A model generated the notes under the pieces. That model was not told the DNA's origin and did no database searches. It worked only from the letters and a program-made list of their open reading frames with translations. Both the position numbers and the translations under genes were made by a program. From Enterocloster bolteae (GTDB taxonomy: Bacteria; Bacillota; Clostridia; Lachnospirales; Lachnospiraceae): 64,000 bases of DNA. Location of the stretch: positions 41,267-105,266 of the forward strand of contig JAETNT010000005.1 of the NCBI GenBank assembly GCA_021772025.1. The letters run 5' to 3'. Shown here one piece after another: positions 36,770-45,569 of the stretch; position 1 is the stretch's first letter; every line of letters starts with the position of its first letter.

Positions 36770-38785
36770 ATGAGAAAGACCTTTGGAGTCCTGGCCCACG
36801 TAGATGGCGGAAAAACTACATTTTCGGAACAGCTTTTATACCATGCCGGAGTAATCCAGGCAGCAGGCCGGGTGGATCAGGGAAATACGGTAATGGACAA
36901 AGACGCGGTGGAAAAGGCCAGAGGCATCACGATTTATGCAGATCAGAGCCGGTTTGAATACGGCGGGGATGAGTATTATTTTTTAGACACCCCGGGGCAT
37001 GTGGATTTTTCGGCGGAGACGGAACGGGCGGTGACAGTTTTGGACTATGCCATTCTGCTGGTAGATGCATCCTCCGGCGTGGCGGCCCATACGGTTACTC
37101 TGTTTCGGATGCTGAAACGGTTCCAGGTGCCGGTATTTTTCTTTTTGAATAAAACAGATTTGAATACGGCCGATTTGGAACGCACTATGAACGAAATAAG
37201 GCAACGGCTGACAGAAGATATTATTCTGGTGGAAGCGCCTTTGGATAAGGAGATACCGGAAGAACTGACTGAGTTTGCCGCCGGGCGGGATGAAAACATA
37301 ATGGAAGACTACCTGGAAGGGCGTCTTATTGAAAGAGAGCGTATTCTGGCATCTCTAAAAAAGATCATCAAAGAGAGAAGCGGTTTTCTCTGTATGAAGG
37401 GCTCTGCTTTAAAAGATCAGGGAGTGGCAGAATTTTTCCAAGTATTCCATCAACTGACAGAAACCGGCTATCAGGAAGAAACCCCCTTTTTCGGCCGGGT
37501 GTATAAGGTACGTCATGACCCGGATGGACAGCGTATCGTATATATCAAGGTTCTGTCCGGCAAACTAGAGATACGGGATCCGATCTATGTGCTAAAAGAA
37601 GGGATAGACAGCGAAACAGAGAACCAGGCTGCATTATCAGGTGAAAAGATTCATCAGATCCGGATTTATTCCGGGAAGAAAAGCCGGACAGCGGATAAGG
37701 CCTTGGCAGGCAGTCTTTGTGCAGTTACGGGATTAAGCCAGCCAAAGTGCCAGGACATGGTAGCCGGATTAAAGGAGACGGGGATACAGGAAGCCATTAG
37801 GATGCGGCCTCAGCTTCAGATGCGCCCGGCTTTCCAAGCGCAGGCGACCCCAGGGAATACGGACAGCCACACCCTGTTTACTCAGCTGAAGCTTTTAGAG
37901 GATGAGGAGCCCGGGCTGTCTGCTGAGTGCGGGGAAGACAGGAGCCTGCTGGTAAGCGTAATGGGAAAGATCCAGCTGGAGGTTCTGGTTCAGGTGTTAA
38001 AAGAGCGGTTTGGCACAGATGCTGCATTTTCCCCTCCAAAGGTTTCTTACCGGGAAACCATTGCCGCGCCGGTAATGGGTTTTGGCCACTATGAACCGCT
38101 GCGCCACTACGCGGAAGTTCATCTGCGCCTGGAACCTGCACCAAGAGGAAGCGGCATTGCCTTTACCAGCGAATGCCATGTAGATACCTTGGGGATAAAC
38201 TATCAGAATCTGATTAAAACTCATGTATTTGAGAAGGTTCATAAGGGCGTACTTACGGGATCCCCGCTGACAGATGTAAAAATTATCCTTACTGCCGGCC
38301 GTTCTCATTTAAAGCATACCGAAGGCGGCGACTTCAGAGAGGCAACCTATCGGGCTGTCCGCCAAGGCCTGGAGAAGGCTGAAAATATTCTTTTGGAACC
38401 CTGGTACCGGTTTGAAATTGCTGCTCCGGAGGAATATACAGGAAGGCTTATGGCGGATATTCAAAAGCGGTCCGGAATATTTGAAACGCCTGAACACGGC
38501 GGCGGTACAGTGTCAATATCAGGGAGCGGTCCGGCTGCTGCTTTTATGGATTATGGAGTGGAGCTGGCGGCAGCTACCAGAGGATCCGGCAGCATTTCTA
38601 TGGTTTGGGAAGGCTATCGGGAATGTCACAATACAGAAGAAGTGCTTGCGGAATATGATTATGATAAAGGAGCAGACAAAGAAAACACCTCATCTTCGGT
38701 TTTCTGTTCCCATGGAGCCGGATTTGTGGTAAACTGGAATGAAGTAGAACAATACATTCACCTGCCGGCGGAGAACATTGATTAG
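36770..38785 (+). CDS. TetM/TetO-like translational GTPase (ribosomal-protection-protein family, distant member)
   Basis: G-domain motifs GVLAHVDGGKTTFSEQLLY, DTPGH and NKTD, with EF-G-like domains II-V. By my alignment the G domain is about 45% identical to Tet(M). ATG at 36770 is 11 nt after GAGAGG; the ATG at 36761 is too close. Confidence 0.75.
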   Translation: MRKTFGVLAHVDGGKTTFSEQLLYHAGVIQAAGRVDQGNTVMDKDAVEKARGITIYADQSRFEYGGDEYYFLDTPGHVDFSAETERAVTVLDYAILLVDASSGVAAHTVTLFRMLKRFQVPVFFFLNKTDLNTADLERTMNEIRQRLTEDIILVEAPLDKEIPEELTEFAAGRDENIMEDYLEGRLIERERILASLKKIIKERSGFLCMKGSALKDQGVAEFFQVFHQLTETGYQEETPFFGRVYKVRHDPDGQRIVYIKVLSGKLEIRDPIYVLKEGIDSETENQAALSGEKIHQIRIYSGKKSRTADKALAGSLCAVTGLSQPKCQDMVAGLKETGIQEAIRMRPQLQMRPAFQAQATPGNTDSHTLFTQLKLLEDEEPGLSAECGEDRSLLVSVMGKIQLEVLVQVLKERFGTDAAFSPPKVSYRETIAAPVMGFGHYEPLRHYAEVHLRLEPAPRGSGIAFTSECHVDTLGINYQNLIKTHVFEKVHKGVLTGSPLTDVKIILTAGRSHLKHTEGGDFREATYRAVRQGLEKAENILLEPWYRFEIAAPEEYTGRLMADIQKRSGIFETPEHGGGTVSISGSGPAAAFMDYGVELAAATRGSGSISMVWEGYRECHNTEEVLAEYDYDKGADKENTSSSVFCSHGAGFVVNWNEVEQYIHLPAENID

Positions 38786-38860
38786 GGATACTTTCAGTGG
38801 ATACAAACGAAAGGACGGAGTTAATACCCCACTGAAAACAGCAGGGGAACGGAGAAACAA

Positions 38861-40909
38861 ATGGAAACATCGGATTACTTAGGAAATTATTACGAAGAAC
38901 TGTTTTTTGGACATGTGAATCGCCGGTATCGTGCCATGACCACCGGCGAAATGAAGAAAAGAGCGGAAAAGCTATGTCAGGAGACATTGGACGGAATTGG
39001 AAAGGCCAATGAGCTAAGCGATATCCACGCCATGCTGTCAAAGGTCTGCGCTTACCTGATGCACAAGGAGCATACGGTTCGGACGGGTGAGCAGAAGGCG
39101 GCAATTGAAGCCTACACAATCCAGGCAAAAGAATTTTGCCGTCTCCTGGCAGAGACGGATTTACAATTCCTTCCTCCATTAAGCATAGAGGAACTGGAAC
39201 AGGTTTTAAAAATGCAGGGGATCCGCCGTTACCTGCTGACGAATTCTCTGGAGCGTGCTTATCAGCTCTTTTATATTCCCAAGACCATTGAGAGAGGAAT
39301 TTCCGCCTCCATGGAAAAACGGCCGGAGGATGAATATCCGGAGGCCAGGGCAATGAAACGGAAATTTGTCCTCCATATCGGACCCACCAACAGCGGAAAA
39401 ACTCATGATGCACTGGAGCGGCTAAAGCAGTCCTCCCACGGCGCTTATTTTGGACCTTTGCGCCTTCTGGCTTTGGAGGTTTATGATAAATGCAACGGGG
39501 AACAAGTTCCCTGCTCTATGATAACCGGAGAGGAGACTATTGAAGTGCCTGGTGCGGTCTGCCAATCCTGCACTGTGGAGATGCTCAATGATCATGAATA
39601 TTTTGATATTGTGGTGGTAGATGAGTGCCAAATGGTAGGAGATCCTTACCGGGGGCACAACTGGACCCGGGCTATTTTAGGGCTTCGCGCGGAGGAGATT
39701 CACCTTTGCATGGCTCCTGAAGCGGAATCCATTATTACGCAGATGATTAAGCGCTGCGGCGACAGCTACAGGATTGTACGCCACAAAAGGAATACCCGTC
39801 TGACCGTAGAGCGGCGGCCTTATTCTATGGTAAGCGATCTGAGAAAAGGCGATGCCCTAATCGTATTTTCAAAAAAATCAGTACTGGCTTTGGCGGCTCA
39901 CCTGGAAAAACAAGGGATTTCCTGCAGCGTGATTTACGGGAGCCTTCCGCCGGCTACACGCAGGGAACAGGTCCGAAGATTTTTGGAAAAAGAGACGGAT
40001 ATCGTAGTCAGTACCGATGCCATTGGAATGGGCTTAAATCTTCCTATCCGCCGTATTGTCTTTGTAGAAACCGCTAAATTTGACGGTGTGGTAAAACGTA
40101 CCCTGGAGCCGACAGAAATCAAGCAGATTGCCGGCCGGGCCGGCCGCTTCGGTATTTATGAGGAAGGATTTGTCGCTGCCATTGATGGGATTGAGATTAT
40201 TGAGGACGGCCTTTCCCGCCTTCCTGTGCCGATTATGAAAGCCTATGTAGGATTTCCTGAGCAGCTTTTGGAACTTCCGGCGGAGATTGACAACTTGATT
40301 AAGATTTGGGCTTCCATGGATGCACCGGCCATTTATCAGAAGATGGAGGTTGATGAGCTTTTAGCCCTGTACCAGCATTTTCTTATGGTTCATCGGGACA
40401 GACTGAACGAATTTGCCAAGCCGGAGATTTATAAGCTAATTACCTGTGCCATTGACATTAACAATAAGCTGGTAGTGGATCTGTGGAAGGATTACTGCCG
40501 GGAATACCGGGAGGTGGACGAACTGGAATTTCCCTACAGCCCCGGCCCGGATTTATATGACTTGGAGAGCTATTACAAGATGCTGGATCTGTACTTCCAG
40601 TTTTCCAGAAAGGCGGGACTGCCTGTTCAGACTGAAAATCTTACACAGGAGCGCCATGAGACGGAAGAAGAAATCAGCCGCATCCTGAAAACCGAGTGCG
40701 GCAGCTATTCCCGGAAATGCTCTGCATGCGGCAGGGAGCTTGCATGGGACTATCCCTTCTCTATCTGTGAAAAATGCTTTGAGCGCGGTAAGAACGAGAG
40801 ACCCAGACGGGGGCACCGCTATGGAAATGGAGGAAACCATGGCTCCCATAACGGAAATTCCGGAAGGGAAGGCGGTCAGGGCCGCGGGCGGCGGTATGGG
40901 CATAGGTAA
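38861..40909 (+). CDS. Suv3-like SF2 RNA helicase with N-terminal unknown domain and C-terminal zinc ribbon plus Gly/Arg-rich tail
   Basis: Motif I GPTNSGKTH, motif II VVVDECQMVGDPYRGHNWTRAILGL (human SUPV3L1 has IDEIQM...RGWAWTRALLGL), motif VI QIAGRAGR. C-terminus CSACGRELAWDYPFSICEKC then RPRRGHRYGNGGNHGSHNGNSGREGGQGRGRRYGHR. Confidence 0.7.
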   Translation: METSDYLGNYYEELFFGHVNRRYRAMTTGEMKKRAEKLCQETLDGIGKANELSDIHAMLSKVCAYLMHKEHTVRTGEQKAAIEAYTIQAKEFCRLLAETDLQFLPPLSIEELEQVLKMQGIRRYLLTNSLERAYQLFYIPKTIERGISASMEKRPEDEYPEARAMKRKFVLHIGPTNSGKTHDALERLKQSSHGAYFGPLRLLALEVYDKCNGEQVPCSMITGEETIEVPGAVCQSCTVEMLNDHEYFDIVVVDECQMVGDPYRGHNWTRAILGLRAEEIHLCMAPEAESIITQMIKRCGDSYRIVRHKRNTRLTVERRPYSMVSDLRKGDALIVFSKKSVLALAAHLEKQGISCSVIYGSLPPATRREQVRRFLEKETDIVVSTDAIGMGLNLPIRRIVFVETAKFDGVVKRTLEPTEIKQIAGRAGRFGIYEEGFVAAIDGIEIIEDGLSRLPVPIMKAYVGFPEQLLELPAEIDNLIKIWASMDAPAIYQKMEVDELLALYQHFLMVHRDRLNEFAKPEIYKLITCAIDINNKLVVDLWKDYCREYREVDELEFPYSPGPDLYDLESYYKMLDLYFQFSRKAGLPVQTENLTQERHETEEEISRILKTECGSYSRKCSACGRELAWDYPFSICEKCFERGKNERPRRGHRYGNGGNHGSHNGNSGREGGQGRGRRYGHR

Positions 40910-41096
40910 TGATGCCGAACCTGAACTATGATGTCCCCCAAGATAAACTGGATGCTCAGATAGAATGATAAGGAACCCTCTGTCAGACGGTACATGAGAA
41001 CGTCTGATAGGGGGTATTTATCATGTACCTTTGCACTTTTATAATAATTAGAGAGTGTTCAATGTCTTTTCATTTTGCTAATCCCCGCCTGCTCAA

Positions 41097-41657
41097 TCAT
41101 CCGTATATTGCAACTCCAAGTACCGCCGATATGATAATAGTCATAATAGGAGATACTTTTTTCTTTTTTATCACTTTTCCCCCCCATAAGAGAACCGCCA
41201 AGATTATTGTCAGGATGAGGGGCTGTGTTTTTACAGATATTTCACCTGACAATGTAATTAAATTGCCAAGAATCATATAAACGCCAGTAGCAAGGATGAT
41301 TCCCACAACACAGGGTTTTATCCCCTTCAGGATTGCCTGGACATATTTGTTTTTAATCAGCGTTTTCAGCGCTGCCGTTACAAGAAGAATAATGATATAA
41401 GAGGGGAGAATTACTGCTGATGTAGCAATAATTGAACCCCAGAGCCCTCCCTGGCTGCTGCCGATGTAGGTGGCAAGATTCACCATAATAGGGCCGGGGG
41501 TGCTTTCGCTGACTGCAATCATATAGGTCAGGGTGTCTTCGTTCAGCCAGCCATAAGACAATACAACATCGCGGATAAGGGGGATGGCGCCGTATGCACC
41601 GCCAAAGGCGAAACAGCCTACACGCAGAAAGCCGAGAAACAGATCAAGATAAATCAT
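41097..41657 (-). CDS. Chromate transporter family protein, short-chain CHR half, second gene of pair
   Basis: ChrA-like hydrophobic protein MIYLDLFLGFLRVGCFAFGGAYGAIPLI. Start overlaps the upstream partner by 4 nt (ATGA). Confidence 0.75.
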   Translation of the reverse strand: MIYLDLFLGFLRVGCFAFGGAYGAIPLIRDVVLSYGWLNEDTLTYMIAVSESTPGPIMVNLATYIGSSQGGLWGSIIATSAVILPSYIIILLVTAALKTLIKNKYVQAILKGIKPCVVGIILATGVYMILGNLITLSGEISVKTQPLILTIILAVLLWGGKVIKKKKVSPIMTIIISAVLGVAIYG

Positions 41658-42241
41658 TGCTCTGCACCGCCTTTCTGCATAGAGGTGTCTTTCACAATAA
41701 GTGCCATAAGGCTGATTACAGCCGCAATCAACATTAAGCGAATGGACGAAAAATTCCAGGAGAAGATGTTGACCAGCAGCATAACCGCAAACGAGCAAAT
41801 CATAATGATTTTCGGAAATATCTTCTTATGCATTTTCTTTACCATTGTAATGGCGGCGTCTAAAATCAACATGCCGACGGCAATTTTAATTCCTTTGAAG
41901 GCATTTGCGATAACCGTAATTTCAAGAAAATTGTCCAAAAACATGGAAATCAAAAAAATGATGATAAACGAGGGAAGCACAATCCCTAAAGTCGCAATAA
42001 GCGAGCCGGGAAATCCGGCCTGCTGGTAGCCGACAAAAGTCGCACAGTTAATGGCAATGGGGCCAGGGGTGGATTCTGCAATAGCCGCAATATTCATCAT
42101 GTCATCATGAGTAATCCAATTTTTCTTTTCTACACAACTGCTTTCTATCAGAGAAATCATAGCGTAGCCGCCGCCAAAGGTAAACAGTCCTATTTTCATA
42201 AAGGTTAACAGTAAATCCGGCAATATTTGATGCTTTTTCAT
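41654..42241 (-). CDS. Chromate transporter family protein, short-chain CHR half, first gene of pair
   Basis: LLTFMKIGLFTFGGGYAMISLIE and AIAESTPGPIAIN are CHR-family hallmarks. Confidence 0.75.
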   Translation of the reverse strand: MKKHQILPDLLLTFMKIGLFTFGGGYAMISLIESSCVEKKNWITHDDMMNIAAIAESTPGPIAINCATFVGYQQAGFPGSLIATLGIVLPSFIIIFLISMFLDNFLEITVIANAFKGIKIAVGMLILDAAITMVKKMHKKIFPKIIMICSFAVMLLVNIFSWNFSSIRLMLIAAVISLMALIVKDTSMQKGGAEQ

Positions 42242-42268
42242 GTGGTATCAATGCTCCTAATGCAATCA

Positions 42269-42508
42269 TTATTTTTGAGAAACCAATATTTCTACTGCAT
42301 TTTTGTCCCGTAGGGCAATTACTGCACAGCGTACCAGATAAGCGGACATGGATCCGTTTTTTCCTTTCAGTACGCAGGTTACCGTTTCTCCGGGGACAAA
42401 GCCCAGGTCGTAGAGACGGAGAGAAATGCTGTCATCACCGGCAAGAAAAGCCACTTGAGCCTGCTGACCGGCTTCTATTTGATTTAATGGAAGAACCATG
42501 GAATTCAC
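42269..42508 (-). CDS. feoA: FeoA-domain protein (SH3-like small iron-transport-associated protein)
   Basis: LNQIEAGQQAQVAFL...LRLYDLGFVPGETVTCVLKGKNGSMSAYLVRCAVIALRDKNAVEILV fits the FeoA pattern. Confidence 0.7.
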   Translation of the reverse strand: MNSMVLPLNQIEAGQQAQVAFLAGDDSISLRLYDLGFVPGETVTCVLKGKNGSMSAYLVRCAVIALRDKNAVEILVSQK

Positions 42509-42577
42509 ATCGCAGAAAAGTCAGTTACTAATATGGTATGGAGGAAAGGAAACTTTCGTGCATGGCAGGCGGCCTGT

Positions 42578-43330
42578 CTATCTCAGCCGTACCGGCACTG
42601 GGGAGTCAATCTCCATAGAATCTTTTGTGACCCGGCAGTCCATAGCCAGAACAGTTACTCCGGCATCGGCTGCTGCTGCCAAGGCATCTGCAAAGGCCGG
42701 GTGAGTCTGCCGGTTTGGGGTGAAACAAGAGATTTCTTTCATTTGAATCACAAACAGGATAAAGCAGGAGAAGCCTTCCCGGGAGGCTTTCATGAGTTCC
42801 TTAAGATGGCGCACACCCCGCTCTGTAGGAGCATCGGGAAACATGGCCAGGCCGTTTTGCTCTAAGGTTACGCCTTTTACCTCCATAAAAGCGGGCAGTT
42901 CGTCTAAAACAAAGGCCAGATCAAACCGAGACTGCTCATAGGTAACTTCCCGCCGTACATTGGTGACGTGGAGTGGATGAGCCGAAGACTTTCGCTCTTT
43001 ACTTTGGGCGTTCAGCTGTTCCAGCCCCTGACCGAAAACCCACTCCCATGCAGCCAGATTAGGCGCCTGGGAATCCATGTTGATAAGGAGGGGAGGCCGG
43101 CTCTCCCTTGTTTTCCATACGCCAATAAGGGAATAGGAAGTTTTGCGGCCTTTGTCGGCAGCGTCTTTGTGATATTCCAATAAAACTTTTACGCCGGGGA
43201 TCAGCAGCTCCCGGCAGCGCCCGGTATTTTTGACGTGACAGACCACGGTCTGGCCGTCCAGATCCACATGGGCGATAAAGCGGTTCGGCCGGGCCAGGAA
43301 GATGCCGGTGACGATAGAATCGTAGTGCAT
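42578..43330 (-). CDS. sfsA: Sugar fermentation stimulation protein SfsA
   Basis: N-terminus MHYDSIVTGIFLARPNRFIAHVDLDGQTVVCHVKNTGRCRELL. Confidence 0.85.
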   Translation of the reverse strand: MHYDSIVTGIFLARPNRFIAHVDLDGQTVVCHVKNTGRCRELLIPGVKVLLEYHKDAADKGRKTSYSLIGVWKTRESRPPLLINMDSQAPNLAAWEWVFGQGLEQLNAQSKERKSSAHPLHVTNVRREVTYEQSRFDLAFVLDELPAFMEVKGVTLEQNGLAMFPDAPTERGVRHLKELMKASREGFSCFILFVIQMKEISCFTPNRQTHPAFADALAAAADAGVTVLAMDCRVTKDSMEIDSPVPVRLR

Positions 43331-43346
43331 AGATAAAATTTCCTCT

Positions 43347-43529
43347 CTATTTCAAAGGAGTTGTTTTCAACTCCCGATACATGGAAGGCGTCATTTTGTA
43401 CAACGCCTTAAACTTTTGATAAAAACCAAGATTATTATACTCTAAGGGCTGGGAAAAAGCCAGAGGAAGCTTCTGTTTTCCATTGCCTTTTCTCCAAAAG
43501 TATGGGATATTTATTAATGATATAAGCAA
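43347..43529 (-). pseudogene. Remnant of an AraC-family regulator; only the second HTH of the C-terminal domain is retained
   Basis: LAFSQPLEYNNLGFYQKFKALYKMTPSMYRELK matches AraC HTH2 (GF.s.syFs..Fkk..G.TPs.YR). The preceding 20 aa are unrelated and there is no N-terminal sensor domain. Confidence 0.4.
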
Positions 43530-43550
43530 AAGAAGGTTGGGGGAGACAAC

Positions 43551-45287
43551 ATGGGCAGTATATTAAAAAGGATTCAGAAGACCGTCCAAAAATATGCGGA
43601 TATTATGGCGGAGATTTCCGGAATTGATGTAGAAGTAGCAGATTCGTCTCTTTACCGGGTAGCGGGAACGGGACTCTATGCAGACCAGATTAACCAGGAT
43701 ATGACAGGGGAAGGTCACGTGTACCGGTATGTAATGCAGACCGGCCAGACCAGGGTTATTACAGAACCGGGGCGGGACGCTTTATGCATCAATTGCAGCC
43801 AGCGGGAGAACTGCAGGGAGACGATAGAAATTTCCAAACCTATTCGCATGGGGACCGAGATGATCGGCGTTATCGGTCTTGTGGGCAGCACTTCCCATCA
43901 GCGGGAAAACGCTTTAAAAGGTCTGGGAACTTATTTGGGACTTCTGGATCAAATAGCGGAATTTATTGCCGCCAAAGCCGGAGAGCAGCAGGAAACCGAG
44001 CTTCGCACGTCGATTATCAGCGCTTTGGATCACACCATCAACCATATGGAACAGGGAGTCTTGGTGCTGGGAAAAGACGGAACTGTCACCACGGCCAATA
44101 ACAGTGCCAGAAAGCAGCTGAGGATTGATATTTTAGAAGGAATCCCGGTGATTATTACGGCTACTGGGGATCGCATCAATGGCGGACGGGAGTATAAGCT
44201 GGAACTGGAGGGGAAAAAGTATACGGTTTTTGGGAAGACTTCCGATTTAAAAGAGCCTACCGAACATTTTGCCAGGATTTTAATTTTCAGCAACAGCCAC
44301 GAATTGACAAAAAAGATGTATGACATGACCCGGACAGATAGAAATCTGGAGCTCAGCAGCATTATTGGAAGCTCTTTCAGCACCCGGAAGCTGAAGGAGG
44401 AGATTGTAAAAATCGCCGGAAGTACATCTACAGTGTTGATTACGGGAGAAAGCGGAACGGGTAAGGAGGTGGCGGCTTCCGCCATTTGGAAGATGAGCAA
44501 TCGAAAGAAGAAAAAATTTGTGGCCATCAACTGCGGCGCCATTCCGGAAGCACTTTTGGAAGCGGAACTGTTCGGGTATGTAAAAGGCGCTTTTACCGGA
44601 GCAGATCCGGGAGGCCGTATCGGGAAATTTGAATTGGCGGATCAAGGGGTTTTATTTTTGGACGAGATTGGGGACATGCCATTATATCTTCAGGTAAAAC
44701 TTCTGCGTGTGCTCCAGGAACGGCAGATTGTGCGGATTGGATCCAATCAGCTGATTCCTATTGATGTGAGGATTATCGCTGCCACTAACCGGGATTTAAG
44801 GGAAATGATAGAGGCAAAAAAGTTTCGAGAGGATTTGTATTATCGGTTAAACGTTATTCCTCTAAAAATAGAGCCGCTTCGCAGGCGGCCTGATGATATT
44901 GAGGATTTGGCTTATTTCTTTGCCAAACGGTATGCCGAAAAGTTCGGCAAAGAATTCCGCACTATTACCGGAGAAGCCATGATGGCCCTGAGGACTCATC
45001 CCTGGTACGGAAATGTGAGAGAGCTGGAGAATACCATGGAATTTATGGTTAATATGATGGAGGAGGGAGTTTTGGACTTGGGAACTCTTCCGGCAGACTT
45101 TGATGAGCAGCAGTCCGGGGGAAAGCAAAGGGAGGAATACCTGACCTTAAAAGAACTGGAAGCCCTGGCTATCAACCGGGCCCTGGAACGGTTCGGGACC
45201 ACCACAGAAGGGAAAAAAGAAGCTGCCAGAAGTTTAGGGATAAGTCTGGCAACTTTGTACCGGAAAATGGATGATTTCTCAAAATGA
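43551..45287 (+). CDS. Sigma-54-dependent transcriptional activator (bEBP): N-terminal sensor domain, PAS-like, AAA+ sigma-54 interaction domain, Fis-type HTH
   Basis: ESGTGKEVAASAIW (Walker A), GAFTGA loop, GKFELADQGVLFLDEIGDMP, and the C-terminal HTH EAARSLGISLATLYRKM. Confidence 0.85.
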   Translation: MGSILKRIQKTVQKYADIMAEISGIDVEVADSSLYRVAGTGLYADQINQDMTGEGHVYRYVMQTGQTRVITEPGRDALCINCSQRENCRETIEISKPIRMGTEMIGVIGLVGSTSHQRENALKGLGTYLGLLDQIAEFIAAKAGEQQETELRTSIISALDHTINHMEQGVLVLGKDGTVTTANNSARKQLRIDILEGIPVIITATGDRINGGREYKLELEGKKYTVFGKTSDLKEPTEHFARILIFSNSHELTKKMYDMTRTDRNLELSSIIGSSFSTRKLKEEIVKIAGSTSTVLITGESGTGKEVAASAIWKMSNRKKKKFVAINCGAIPEALLEAELFGYVKGAFTGADPGGRIGKFELADQGVLFLDEIGDMPLYLQVKLLRVLQERQIVRIGSNQLIPIDVRIIAATNRDLREMIEAKKFREDLYYRLNVIPLKIEPLRRRPDDIEDLAYFFAKRYAEKFGKEFRTITGEAMMALRTHPWYGNVRELENTMEFMVNMMEEGVLDLGTLPADFDEQQSGGKQREEYLTLKELEALAINRALERFGTTTEGKKEAARSLGISLATLYRKMDDFSK

Positions 45288-45328
45288 GAACTGCTTTCGA
45301 AAAAAAGAGGCTAAAATAGGAAAAAGCC

Positions 45329-45375
45329 TTGAATATTCAATGATTTCTCAATTTGACAAAAATTCTCAAATTGAG
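45329..45375 (+). promoter_or_regulatory. Candidate enhancer (UAS) palindromes for the bEBP
   Basis: Perfect palindrome TTGAATATTCAA (45329-40) and inverted repeat CTCAATTTG-N11-CAAATTGAG (45347-75), about 150-190 bp upstream of the -24/-12 promoter. Confidence 0.45.
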
Positions 45376-45445
45376 AAGAAGCATAAGGCGGCAGGTAAGT
45401 CTTATAGAATAAAAATCAGGTAAAGACCTTTAAATAAATTGAAAA

Positions 45446-45482
45446 AAGAGCCGGAATCAGATGTCCGGCTCTCTTTTTTTGA
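45446..45482 (+). terminator. Rho-independent terminator after the bEBP gene
   Basis: GAGCCGGA-atcagatg-TCCGGCTC followed by TTTTTTTTG. Confidence 0.8.
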
Positions 45483-45517
45483 TAAAAACCCATAAAATTT
45501 TATTAAAATTTAAGAGT

Positions 45518-45533
45518 TGGCACATCTATTGCT
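45518..45533 (+). promoter_or_regulatory. Sigma-54 (-24/-12) promoter
   Basis: TTGGCACATCTATTGCT is a perfect match to TGGCAC-N5-TTGCW with GG-N10-GC spacing, 37 nt upstream of the dpaL GTG start. Confidence 0.85.
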
Positions 45534-45569
45534 ATAATGATTAGCAGAAAACGATAGGAGGTAGGAAAC

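Noticed and set aside
36745-36957. 70-aa ORF (MNQRGNEIYEKDL...) upstream of or overlapping the TetM-like gene, considered as a Tn916-style leader peptide
   Set aside because: It is merely an alternative frame overlapping the GTPase N-terminus (Gly/Arg-rich translation). No separate short leader ORF with a terminator or antiterminator could be identified.
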